Made by a program: the position numbers and the translations under genes. A stretch of 64,000 nt of DNA from the human T2T-CHM13v2.0 reference genome, Homo sapiens: assembly GCF_009914755.1 (NCBI RefSeq), contig NC_060944.1; one strand, written 5' to 3'. Shown here piece by piece: positions 1 through 13,200 of this stretch. The notes beneath the pieces were generated by a model, which saw only the letters and a program-made list of their open reading frames with translations, made no database searches and was not told where the DNA came from. How positions within the stretch are numbered: position 1 is the first letter of the stretch; every line of letters starts with the position of its first letter.

Positions 1-224
1 CATCAGAGACTAGCTTCTGGGAATGCTTCTGTCCAGTTGTTACGGGAAGATATTTCCTTTTTCAACATAGGCCTGAAACCGCTTCAAATGTCCACTTCCA
101 GATACTGCAAAGAGAGTGTTTCAAACCTTCTCTACGAAAGGGCATGTTCTCCTCTGTGACGTCAATGCAAACATCCCAAAGAAGTTTCTGAGAATGCTTC
201 TGTCTGGATTTTATCTGAAGACAA

Positions 225-1259
225 TCCCGTTTCCAACGAAATCCTCAAAGCTATGCAAATATGCTCCTGCAGATTCTACAAAAAGAGTGTTTCAAAACTG
301 CTCTAGGAAAAGAAAGGTTCGACTCTGTTAGTAGAGGGCACACATCACAAACAAGTTGCCGAGAATGCTTCTGTCTGGTTTTTATGGGAAGATATTTCCT
401 TTTCCAACACAAGCCTGAATGTGCTCCAAATGGACACTTCCAGATACGACAAAAGGAGTGTTTCAAACCTGTTCTATGAAAGGGAACGTTGCATTCTGTG
501 ACTTGAATGCAAACATCACCAAGTAGTTTCTCAGAACGCTGCTGTCTGCTTTTAATATGTATTCCCGTTTCCAACGAAATCGTCAAAGCCAGCCAAATAT
601 CCACTTGCAGGTTCCACAGAAAGAGTGTTTCAAAACTGCTCTCTCAAAAGACATTTTCAACTCTGTCAGTTGAGGACACACATCACAAATAAGTTTCTGA
701 GAATGCTTCTGTCTAGTTTTTATGGGAAGATATTTCCTTTTTCACCATAGGCCTCAAAGCGCTCCAAATGTCCACTTCCAGGGAATGGAAAAAGAGTGTT
801 TCCAACCTGCTCTATGAAAGCGAATGTTGAACTCCGTGTCTTGAATGCAACCATCACAAGGAAGTTTCTGAGAATGCTTCTGTCTAGATTTTATATGAAG
901 ATATTCCCGTTTCCAACGAAATCCTCAAAGCTATCCAAATATCCACTTGGAGATTCTACAAAAAGAGTGTTTCAAAACTGCTCTATCAAAAGAAAGGTTC
1001 TATTCCGTCAGTTGAGGACACACATCACGAATAAGTTTCTGACAATGCTTCTGTCTAGTTTTTATGGGAAGATATGTCCTTTTTCACCTTAGGCTGGAAA
1101 GCGCCCCAAAAGTCCAGTTACAGACACTACAAAAAGAGTGCTTCGAACCTGCTCTGTGAAAGGGAGTGTTCAATTCTGTGACTTGAATGCAAACATCACA
1201 AAGAAGTTGCTGAGAATGCTGCTGTCTGCTTTTTATACCTTATCCCGTTTCCAACGAAA
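225..1259 (-). other. CENP-B boxes of the 8-mer (first unit: 225-241, 563-579, 905-921, 1243-1259)
   Basis: Reverse complement TTCGTTGGAAACGGGA matches the core nTTCGnnnnAnnCGGGn. The same four sites recur every 1360 bp; the third site is mutated in many copies. Confidence 0.95.
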
Positions 1260-4200
1260 TCCTCAAATCTAGCCAAGTATCCACTTGCACTCTCCACAAA
1301 AAGAGTGTTTCAAAACTGTACTGTCCAAAGAAATGTTTAACTCTGCTAGTTGAGGACACACATCAGAGACTAGCTTCTGAGAATGCTTCTGTCCAGTTGT
1401 TACGGGAAGATATTTCCTTTTTCAACATAGGCCTGAAACCGCTTCAAATGTCCACTTCCAGATACTGCAAAGAGAGTGTTTCAAACCTTCTCGACGAAAG
1501 GGCATGTTCTCCTCTGTGACGTCAATGCAAACATCACAAAGAAGTTTCTGAGAATGCTTCTGTCTGGATTTTATCTGAAGACAATCCCGTTTCCAACGAA
1601 ATCCTCAAAGATATGCAAATATGCTCCTGCAGATTCTACAAAAAGAGTGTTTCAAAACTGCTCTATGAAAAGAAAGGTACGACCCTGTTAGTATAGGGCA
1701 CACATCACAAACAAGTTGCCGAGAATGATTCTGTCTGGTTTTTATGGGAAGATATTTCCTTTTCCAACACTAGCCTGAATGCGCTCCAAATGGCCACTTC
1801 CAGATACGACAAAAGGCGTGTTTCAAACCTGTTCTATGAAAGGGAACGTTCCTTTCTGTGACTTGAATGCAAACATCACCAAGTAGTTTCTCAGAACGCT
1901 GCTGTCTGCTTTTAATATGTATTCCCGTTTCCAACGAAATCGTCAAAGCCAGCCAAATATCCACTTGCAGGTTCCACAGAAAGAGTGTTTCAAAACTGCT
2001 CTCTCAAAAGACATGTTCAACTCTGTCAGTTGAGGACACACATCACAAATAAGTTTCTGAGAATGCTTCTGTCTAGTTTTTATGGGAAGATATTTCCTTT
2101 TTCACCATAGGCCTCAAAGCGCTCCACATGTCCACTTCCAGGGAATGGAAAAAGAGTGTTTCCAACCTGCTCTATGAAAGCGAATGTTCAACTCCGTGAC
2201 TTGAATGCAACCATCACAAGGAAGTTTCTGAGAATGCTTCTGTCTAGATTTTATATGAAGATATTCCCGTTTCCAATGAAATCCTCAAAGCTATCCAAAT
2301 ATCCACTTGGAGATACTACAAAAAGAGTGTTTCAAAACTGCTCTATCAAAAGAAAGGTTCTACTCCGTCAGTTGAGGACACACATCATGAATAAGTTTCT
2401 GACAATGCTTCTGTCTAGTTTTTATGGGAAGATATGTCCTTTTTCACCTTAGGCCGGAAAGCGCCCCAAAAGTCCAGTTACAGACACTACAAAAAGAGTG
2501 TTTCAAACCTGCTCTGTGAAAGGGAATGTTCAATTCTGTGACTTGAATGCAAACATCACAAAGAAGTTGCTGAGAATGCTGCTGTCTGCTTTTTATACCT
2601 TATCCCGTTTCCAACGAAATCCTCAAATCTAGCCAAGTATCCACTTGCAGTCTCCACAAAAAGAGGTTTTCAAAACTGTACTCTCCAAAGAAATGTTCAA
2701 CTCTGTTAGTTGAGAACACACATCAGAGACTAGCTTCTGAGAATGCTTCTGTCCAGTTGTTACGGGAAGAAATTTCCTTTTTCAACATAGGCCTGAAACC
2801 GCTTCAAATGTCCACTTCCAGATACTGCAAAGAGAGTGTTTCAAACCTTCTCTACGAAAGGGCATGTTCTCCTCTGTGACGTCAATGCAAACATCCCAAA
2901 GAAGTTTCTGAGAATGCTTCTGTCTGGATTTTATCTGAAGACAATCCCGTTTCCAACGAAATCCTCAAAGCTATGCAAATATGCTCCTGCAGATTCTACA
3001 AAAAGAGTGTTTCAAAACTGCTCTAGGAAAAGAAAGGTTCGACTCTGTTAGTAGAGGGCACACATCACAAACAAGTTGCCGAGAATGCTTCTGTCTGGTT
3101 TTTATGGGAAGATATTTCCTTTTCCAACACAAGCCTGAATGTGCTCCAAATGGACACTTCCAGATACGACAAAAGGAGTGTTTCAAACCTGTTCTATGAA
3201 AGGGAACGTTACATTCTGTGACTTGAATGCAAACATCACCAAGTAGTTTCTCAGAACGCTGCTGTCTGCTTTTAATATGTATTCCCGTTTCCAACGAAAT
3301 CGTCAAAGCCAGCCAAATATCCACTTGCAGGTTCCACAGAAAGAGTGTTTCAAAACTGCTCTCTCAAAAGACATTTTCAACTCTGTCAGTTGAGGACACA
3401 CATCACAAATAAGTTTCTGAGAATGCTTCTGTCTAGTTTTTATGGGAAGATATTTCCTTTTTCACCATAGGCCTCAAAGCGCTCCAAATGTCCACTTCCA
3501 GGGAATGGAAAAAGAGTGTTTCCAACCTGCTCTATGAAAGCGAATGTTGAACTCCGTGTCTTGAATGCAACCATCACAAGGAAGTTTCTGAGAATGCTTC
3601 TGTCTAGATTTTATATGAAGATATTCCCGTTTCCAACGAAATCCTCAAAGCTATCCAAATATCCACTTGGAGATTCTACAAAAAGAGTGTTTCAAAACTG
3701 CTCTATCAAAAGAAAGGTTCTACTCCGTCAGTTGAGGACACACATCACGAATAAGTTTCTGACAATGCTTCTGTCTAGTTTTTATGGGAAGATATGTCCT
3801 TTTTCACCTTAGGCTGGAAAGCGCCCCAAAAGTCCAGTTACAGACACTACAAAAGGAGTGCTTCGAACCTGCTCTGTGAAAGGGAATGTTCAATTCTGTG
3901 ACTTGAATGCAAACATCACAAAGAAGTTGCTGAGAATGCTGCTGTCTGCTTTTTATACCTTATCCCGTTTCCAACGAAATCCTCAAATCTAGCCAAGTAT
4001 CCACTTGCACTCTCCACAAAAAGAGTGTTTCAAAACTGTACTGTCCAAAGAAATGTTTAACTCTGCTAGTTGAGGACACACATCAGAGACTAGCTTCTGA
4101 GAATGCTTCTGTCCAGTTGTTACGGGAAGATATTTCCTTTTTCAACATAGGCCTGAAACCGCTTCAAATGTCCACTTCCAGATACTGCAAAGAGAGTGTT

Positions 4201-7200
4201 TCAAACCTTCTCGACGAAAGGGCATGTTCTCCTCTGTGACGTCAATGCAAACATCACAAAGAAGTTTCTGAGAATGCTTCTGTCTGGATTTTATCTGAAG
4301 ACAATCCCGTTTCCAACGAAATCCTCAAAGATATGCAAATATGCTCCTGCAGATTCTACAAAAAGAGTGTTTCAAAACTGCTCTATGAAAAGAAAGGTAC
4401 GACCCTGTTAGTATAGGGCACACATCACAAACAAGTTGCCGAGAATGATTCTGTCTGGTTTTTATGGGAAGATATTTCCTTTTCCAACACTAGCCTGAAT
4501 GCGCTCCAAATGGCCACTTCCACATACGACAAAAGGCGTGTTTCAAACCTGTTCTATGAAAGGGAACGTTCCTTTCTGTGACTTGAATGCAAACATCACC
4601 AAGTAGTTTCTCAGAACGCTGCTGTCTGCTTTTAATATGTATTCCCGTTTCCAACGAAATCGTCAAAGCCAGCCAAATATCCACTTGCAGGTTCCACAGA
4701 AAGAGTGTTTCAAAACTGCTCTCTCAAAAGACATGTTCAACTCTGTCAGTTGAGGACACACATCACAAATAAGTTTCTGAGAATGCTTCTGTCTAGTTTT
4801 TATGGGAAGATATTTCCTTTTTCACCATAGGCCTCAAAGCGCTCCACATGTCCACTTCCAGGGAATGGAAAAAGAGTGTTTCCAACCTGCTCTATGAAAG
4901 CGAATGTTCAACTCCGTGACTTGAATGCAACCATCACAAGGAAGTTTCTGAGAATGCTTCTGTCTAGATTTTATATGAAGATATTCCCGTTTCCAATGAA
5001 ATCCTCAAAGCTATCCAAATATCCACTTGGAGATACTACAAAAAGAGTGTTTCAAAACTGCTCTATCAAAAGAAAGGTTCTACTCCGTCAGTTGAGGACA
5101 CACATCACGAATAAGTTTCTGACAATGCTTCTGTCTAGTTTTTATGGGAAGATATGTCCTTTTTCACCTTAGGCCGGAAAGCGCCCCAAAAGTCCAGTTA
5201 CAGACACTACAAAAAGAGTGTTTCAAACCTGCTCTGTGAAAGGGAATGTTCAATTCTGTGACTTGAATGCAAACATCACAAAGAAGTTGCTGAGAATGCT
5301 GCTGTCTGCTTTTTATACCTTATCCCGTTTCCAACGAAATCCTCAAATCTAGCCAAGTATCCACTTGCAGTCTCCACAAAAAGAGGTTTTCAAAACTGTA
5401 CTCTCCAAAGAAATGTTCAACTCTGTTAGTTGAGAACACACATCAGAGACTAGCTTCTGAGAATGCTTCTGTCCAGTTGTTACGGGAAGAAATTTCCTTT
5501 TTCAACATAGGCGTGAAACCGCTTCAAATGTCCACTTCCAGATACTGCAAAGAGAGTGTTTCAAACCTTCTCTACGAAAGGGCATGTTCTCCTCTGTGAC
5601 GTCAATGCAAACATCCCAAAGAAGTTTCTGAGAATGCTTCTGTCTGGATTTTATCTGAAGACAATCCCGTTTCCAACGAAATCCTCAAAGCTATGCAAAT
5701 ATGCTCCTGCAGATTCTACAAAAAGAGTGTTTCAAAACTGCTCTAGGAAAAGAAAGGTTCGACTCTGTTAGTAGAGGGCACACATCACAAACAAGTTGCC
5801 GAGAATGCTTCTGTCTGGTTTTTATGGGAAGATATTTCCTTTTCCAACACAAGCCTGAATGTGCTCCAAATGGACACTTCCAGATACGACAAAAGGAGTG
5901 TTTCAAACCTGTTTTATGAAAGGGAACGTTACATTCTGTGACTTGAATGCAAACATCACCAAGTAGTTTCTCAGAACGCTGCTGTCTGCTTTTAATATGT
6001 ATTCCCGTTTCCAACGAAATCGTCAAAGCCAGCCAAATATCCACTTGCAGGTTCCACAGAAAGAGTGTTTCAAAACTGCTCTCTCAAAAGACATTTTCAA
6101 CTCTGTCAGTTGAGGACACACATCACAAATAAGTTTCTGAGAATGCTTCTGTCTAGTTTTTATGGGAAGATATTTCCTTTTTCACCATAGGCCTCAAAGC
6201 GCTCCAAATGTCCACTTCCAGGGAATGGAAAAAGAGTGTTTCCAACCTGCTCTATGAAAGCGAATGTTGAACTCGGTGTCTTGAATGCAACCATCACAAG
6301 GAAGTTTCTGAGAATGCTTCTGTCTAGATTTTATATGAAGATATTCCCGTTGCCAACGAAATCCTCAAAGCTATCCAAATATCCACTTGGAGATTCTACA
6401 AAAAGAGTGTTTCAAAACTGCTCTATCAAAAGAAAGGTTCTACTCCGTCAGTTGAGGACACACATCACGAATAAGTTTCTGACAATGCTTCTGTCTAGTT
6501 TTTATGGGAAGATATGTCCTTTTTCACCTTAGGCCGGAAAGCGCCCCAAAAGTCCAGTTACAGACACTACAAAAAGAGTGCTTCGAACCTGCTCTGTGAA
6601 AGGGAATGTTCAATTCTGTGACTTGAATGCAAACATCACAAAGAAGTTGCTGAGAATGCTGCTGTCTGCTTTTTATACCTTATCCCGTTTCCAACGAAAT
6701 CCTCAAATCTAGCCAAGTATCCACTTGCACTCTCCACAAAAAGAGTGTTTCAAAACTGTACTGTCCAAAGAAATGTTTAACTCTGCTAGTTGAGGACACA
6801 CATCAGAGACTAGCTTCTGAGAATGCTTCTGTCCAGTTGTTACGGGAAGATATTTCCTTTTTCAACATAGGCCTGAAACCGCTTCAAATGTCCACTTCCA
6901 GATACTGCAAAGAGAGTGTTTCAAACCTTCTCGACGAAAGGGCATGTTCTCCTCTGTGACGTCAATGCAAACATCCCAAAGAAGTTTCTGAGAATGCTTC
7001 TGTCTGGATTTTATCTGAAGACAATCCCGTTTCCAACGAAATCCTCAAAGCTATGCAAATATGCTCCTGCAGATTCTACAAAAAGAGTGTTTCAAAACTG
7101 CTCTATGAAAAGAAAGGTTCGACTCTGTTAGTAGAGGGCACACATCACAAACAAGTTGCCGAGAATGCTTCTGTCTGGTTTTTATGGGAAGATATTTCCT

Positions 7201-10200
7201 TTTCCAACACAAGCCTGAATGTGCTCCAAATGGACACTTCCAGATACGACAAAAGGAGTGTTTCAAACCTGTTCTATGAAAGGGAACGTTCCATTCTGTG
7301 ACTTGAATGCAAACATCACCAAGTAGTTTCTCAGAACGCTGCTGTCTGCTTTTAATATGTATTCCCGTTTCCAACGAAATCGTCAAAGCCAGCCAAATAT
7401 CCACTTGCAGGTTCCACAGAAAGAGTGTTTCAAAACTGCTCTCTCAAAAGACATTTTCAACTCTGTCAGTTGAGGACACACATCACAAATAAGTTTCTGA
7501 GAATGCTTCTGTCTAGTTTTTATGGGAAGATATTTCCTTTTTCACCATAGGCCTCAAAGCGCTCCAAATGTCCACTTCCAGGGAATGGAAAAAGAGTGTT
7601 TCCAACCTGCTCTATGAAAGCGAATGTTGAACTCCGTGTCTTGAATGCAACCATCACAAGGAAGTTTCTGAGAATGCTTCTGTCTAGATTTTATATGAAG
7701 ATATTCCCGTTTCCAACGAAATCCTCAAAGCTATCCAAATATCCACTTGGAGATTCTACAAAAAGAGTGTTTCAAAACTGCTCTATCAAAAGAAAGGTTC
7801 TACTCCGTCAGTTGAGGACACACATCACGAATAAGTTTCTGACAATGCTTCTGTCTAGTTTTTATGGGAAGATATGTCCTTTTTCACCTTAGGGCGGAAA
7901 GCGCCCCAAAAGTCCAGTTACAGACACTACAAAAAGAGTGCTTCGAACCTGCTCTGTGAAAGGGAGTGTTCAATTCTGTGACTTGAATGCAAACATCACA
8001 AAGAAGTTGCTGAGAATGCTGCTGTCTGCTTTTTATACCTTATCCCGTTTCCAACGAAATCCTCAAATCTAGCCAAGTATCCACTTGCACTCTCCACAAA
8101 AAGAGTGTTTCAAAACTGTACTGTCCAAAGAAATGTTTAACTCTGCTAGTTGAGGACACACATCAGAGACTAGCTTCTGAGAATGCTTCTGTCCAGTTGT
8201 TACGGGAAGATATTTCCTTTTTCAACATAGGCCTGAAACCGCTTCAAATGTCCACTTCCAGATACTGCAAAGAGAGTGTTTCAAACCTTCTCGACGAAAG
8301 GGCATGTTCTCCTCTGTGACGTCAATGCAAACATCACAAAGAAGTTTCTGAGAATGCTTCTGTCTGGATTTTATCTGAAGACAATCCCGTTTCCAACGAA
8401 ATCCTCAAAGATATGCAAATATGCTCCTGCAGATTCTACAAAAAGAGTGTTTCAAAACTGCTCTATGAAAAGAAAGGTACGACCCTGTTAGTATAGGGCA
8501 CACATCACAAACAAGTTGCCGAGAATGATTCTGTCTGGTTTTTATGGGAAGATATTTCCTTTTCCAACACTAGCCTGAATGCGCTCCAAATGGCCACTTC
8601 CAGATACGACAAAAGGCGTGTTTCAAACCTGTTCTATGAAAGGGAACGTTCCTTTCTGTGACTTGAATGCAAACATCACCAAGTAGTTTCTCAGAACGCT
8701 GCTGTCTGCTTTTAATATGTATTCCCGTTTCCAACGAAATCGTCAAAGCCAGCCAAATATCCACTTGCAGGTTCCACAGAAAGAGTGTTTCAAAACTGCT
8801 CTCTCAAAAGACATGTTCAACTCTGTCAGTTGAGGACACACATCACAAATAAGTTTCTGAGAATGCTTCTGTCTAGTTTTTATGGGAAGATATTTCCTTT
8901 TTCACCATAGGCCTCAAAGCGCTCCACATGTCCACTTCCAGGGAATGGAAAAAGAGTGTTTCCAACCTGCTCTATGAAAGCGAATGTTCAACTCCGTGAC
9001 TTGAATGCAACCATCACAAGGAAGTTTCTGAGAATGCTTCTGTCTAGATTTTATATGAAGATATTCCCGTTTCCAATGAAATCCTCAAAGCTATCCAAAT
9101 ATCCACTTGGAGATACTACAAAAAGAGTGTTTCAAAACTGCTCTATCAAAAGAAAGGTTCTACTCCGTCAGTTGAGGACACACATCACGAATAAGTTTCT
9201 GACAATGCTTCTGTCTAGTTTTTATGGGAAGATATGTCCTTTTTCACCTTAGGCCGGAAAGCGCCCCAAAAGTCCAGTTACAGACACTACAAAAAGAGTG
9301 TTTCAAACCTGCTCTGTGAAAGGGAATGTTCAATTCTGTGACTTGAATGCAAACATCACAAAGAAGTTGCTGAGAATGCTGCTGTCTGCTTTTTATACCT
9401 TATCCCGTTTCCAACGAAATCCTCAAATCTAGCCAAGTATCCACTTGCAGTCTCCACAAAAAGAGGTTTTCAAAACTGTACTCTCCAAAGAAATGTTCAA
9501 CTCTGTTAGTTGAGAACACACATCAGAGACTAGCTTCTGAGAATGCTTCTGTCCAGTTGTTACGGGAAGAAATTTCCTTTTTCAACATAGGCGTGAAACC
9601 GCTTCAAATGTCCACTTCCAGATACTGCAAAGAGAGTGTTTCAAACCTTCTCTACGAAAGGGCATGTTCTCCTCTGTGACGTCAATGCAAACATCCCAAA
9701 GAAGTTTCTGAGAATGCTTCTGTCTGGATTTTATCTGAAGACAATCCCGTTTCCAACGAAATCCTCAAAGCTATGCAAATATGCTCCTGCAGATTCTACA
9801 AAAAGAGTGTTTCAAAACTGCTCTAGGAAAAGAAAGGTTCGACTCTGTTAGTAGAGGGCACACATCACAAACAAGTTGCCGAGAATGCTTCTGTCTGGTT
9901 TTTATGGGAAGATATTTCCTTTTCCAACACAAGCCTGAATGTGCTCCAAATGGACACTTCCAGATACGACAAAAGGAGTGTTTCAAACCTGTTTTATGAA
10001 AGGGAACGTTACATTCTGTGACTTGAATGCAAACATCACCAAGTAGTTTCTCAGAACGCTGCTGTCTGCTTTTAATATGTATTCCCGTTTCCAACGAAAT
10101 CGTCAAAGCCAGCCAAATATCCACTTGCAGGTTCCACAGAAAGAGTGTTTCAAAACTGCTCTCTCAAAAGACATTTTCAACTCTGTCAGTTGAGGACACA

Positions 10201-13200
10201 CATCACAAATAAGTTTCTGAGAATGCTTCTGTCTAGTTTTTATGGGAAGATATTTCCTTTTTCACCATAGGCCTCAAAGCGCTCCAAATGTCCACTTCCA
10301 GGGAATGGAAAAAGAGTGTTTCCAACCTGCTCTATGAAAGCGAATGTTGAACTCGGTGTCTTGAATGCAACCATCACAAGGAAGTTTCTGAGAATGCTTC
10401 TGTCTAGATTTTATATGAAGATATTCCCGTTGCCAACGAAATCCTCAAAGCTATCCAAATATCCACTTGGAGATTCTACAAAAAGAGTGTTTCAAAACTG
10501 CTCTATCAAAAGAAAGGTTCTACTCCGTCAGTTGAGGACACACATCACGAATAAGTTTCTGACAATGCTTCTGTCTAGTTTTTATGGGAAGATATGTCCT
10601 TTTTCACCTTAGGCCGGAAAGCGCCCCAAAAGTCCAGTTACAGACACTACAAAAAGAGTGCTTCGAACCTGCTCTGTGAAAGGGAATGTTCAATTCTGTG
10701 ACTTGAATGCAAACATCACAAAGAAGTTGCTGAGAATGCTGCTGTCTGCTTTTTATACCTTATCCCGTTTCCAACGAAATCCTCAAATCTAGCCAAGTAT
10801 CCACTTGCACTCTCCACAAAAAGAGTGTTTCAAAACTGTACTGTCCAAAGAAATGTTTAACTCTGCTAGTTGAGGACACACATCAGAGACTAGCTTCTGA
10901 GAATGCTTCTGTCCAGTTGTTACGGGAAGATATTTCCTTTTTCAACATAGGCCTGAAACCGCTTCAAATGTCCACTTCCAGATACTGCAAAGAGAGTGTT
11001 TCAAACCTTCTCGACGAAAGGGCATGTTCTCCTCTGTGACGTCAATGCAAACATCACAAAGAAGTTTCTGAGAATGCTTCTGTCTGGATTTTATCTGAAG
11101 ACAATCCCGTTTCCAACGAAATCCTCAAAGATATGCAAATATGCTCCTGCAGATTCTACAAAAAGAGTGTTTCAAAACTGCTCTATGAAAAGAAAGGTAC
11201 GACCCTGTTAGTATAGGGCACACATCACAAACAAGTTGCCGAGAATGATTCTGTCTGGTTTTTATGGGAAGATATTTCCTTTTCCAACACTAGCCTGAAT
11301 GCGCTCCAAATGGACACTTCCAGATATGACAAAAGGCGTGTTTCAAACCTGTTCTATGAAAGGGAACCTTCCATTCTGTGACTTGAATGCAAACATCACC
11401 AAGTAGTTTCTCAGAACGCTGCTGTCTGCTTTTTATATGTATTCCCGTTTCCAACGAAATCGTCAAAGCCAGCCAAATATCCACTTGCAGGTTCCACAGA
11501 AAGAGTGTTTCAAAACTGCTCTCTCAAAAGACATGTTCAACTCTGTCAGTTGAGGACACACATCACAAATAAGTTTCTGAGAATGCTTCTGTCTAGTTTT
11601 TATGGGAAGATATTTCCTTTTTCACCATAGGCCTCGAAGCGCTCCACATGTCCACTTCCAGGGAATGGAAAAAGAGTGTTTCCAACCTGCTCTATGAAAG
11701 CGAATGTTCAACTCCGTGACTTGAATGCAACCATCACAAGGAAGTTTCTGAGAATGCTTCTGTCTAGATTTTATATGAAGATATTCCCGTTTCCAATGAA
11801 ATCCTCAAAGCTATCCAAATATCCACTTGGAGATTCTACAAAAAGAGTGTTTCAAAACTGCTCTATCAAAAGAAAGGTTCTACTCCGTCAGTTGAGGACA
11901 CACATCACGAATAAGTTTCTGACAATGCTTCTGTGTAGTTTTTATGGGAAGATATGTCCTTTTTCACCTTAGGACGGAAAGCGCCCCAAAAGTCCAGTTA
12001 CAGACACTACAAAAAGAGTGTTTCAAACCTGCTCTGTGAAAGGGAATGTTCAATTCTGTGACTTGAATGCAAACATCACAAAGAAGTTGCTGAGAATGCT
12101 GCTGTCTGCTTTTTATACCTTATCCCGTTTCCAACGAAATCCTCAAATCTAGCCAAGTATCCACTTGCAGTCTCCACAAAAAGCGGGTTTCAAAACTGTA
12201 CTCTCCAAAGAAATGTTCAACTCTGTTAGTTGAGAACACACATCAGAGACTAGCTTCTGAGAATGCTTCTGTCCAGTTGTTACGGGAAGAAATTTCCTTT
12301 TTCAACATAGGCCTGAAACCGCATCAAATGTCCACTTCCAGATACTGCAAAGAGAGTGTTTCAAACCTTCTCTACGAAAGGGCATGTTCTCCTCTGTGAC
12401 GTCAATGCAAACATCCCAAAGAAGTTTCTGAGAATGCTTCTGTCTGGATTTTATCTGAAGACAATCCCGTTTCCAACGAAATCCTCAAAGCTATGCAAAT
12501 ATGCTCCTGCAGATTCTACAAAAAGAGTGTTTCAAAACTGCTCTAGGAAAAGAAAGGTTCGACTCTGTTAGTAGAGGGCACACATCACAAACAAGTAGCC
12601 GAGAATGCTTCTGTCTGGTTTTTATGGGAAGATATTTCCTTTTCCAACACAAGCCTGAATGCGCTCCAAATGGACACTTCCAGATACGACAAAAGGAGTG
12701 TTTCAAACCTGTTCTATGAAAGGGAACGTTCCATTCTGTGACTTGAATGCAAACATCACCAAGTAGTTTCTCAGAACGCTGCTGTCTGCTTTTAATATGT
12801 ATTCCCGTTTCCAACGAAATCATCAAAGGCAGCCAAATATCCACTTGCAGGTTCCACAGAAAGAGTGTTTCAAAACTGCTCTCTCAAAAGACATGTTCAA
12901 CTCTGTCAGTTGAGGACACACATCACAAATAAGTTTCTGAGAATGCTTCTGTCTAGTTTTTATGGGAAGATATTTCCTTTTTCACCATAGGCCTCAAAGC
13001 GCTCCACATGTCCACTTCCAGGGAATGGAAAAAGAGTGTTTCCAACCTGCTCTATGAAAGCGAATGTTCAACTCCGTGACTTGAATGCAACCATCACAAG
13101 GAAGTTTCTGAGAATGCTTCTGTCTAGATTTTATATGAAGATATTCCCGTTTCCAACGAAATCCTCAAAGCTATCCAAATATCCACTTGGAGATTCTACA

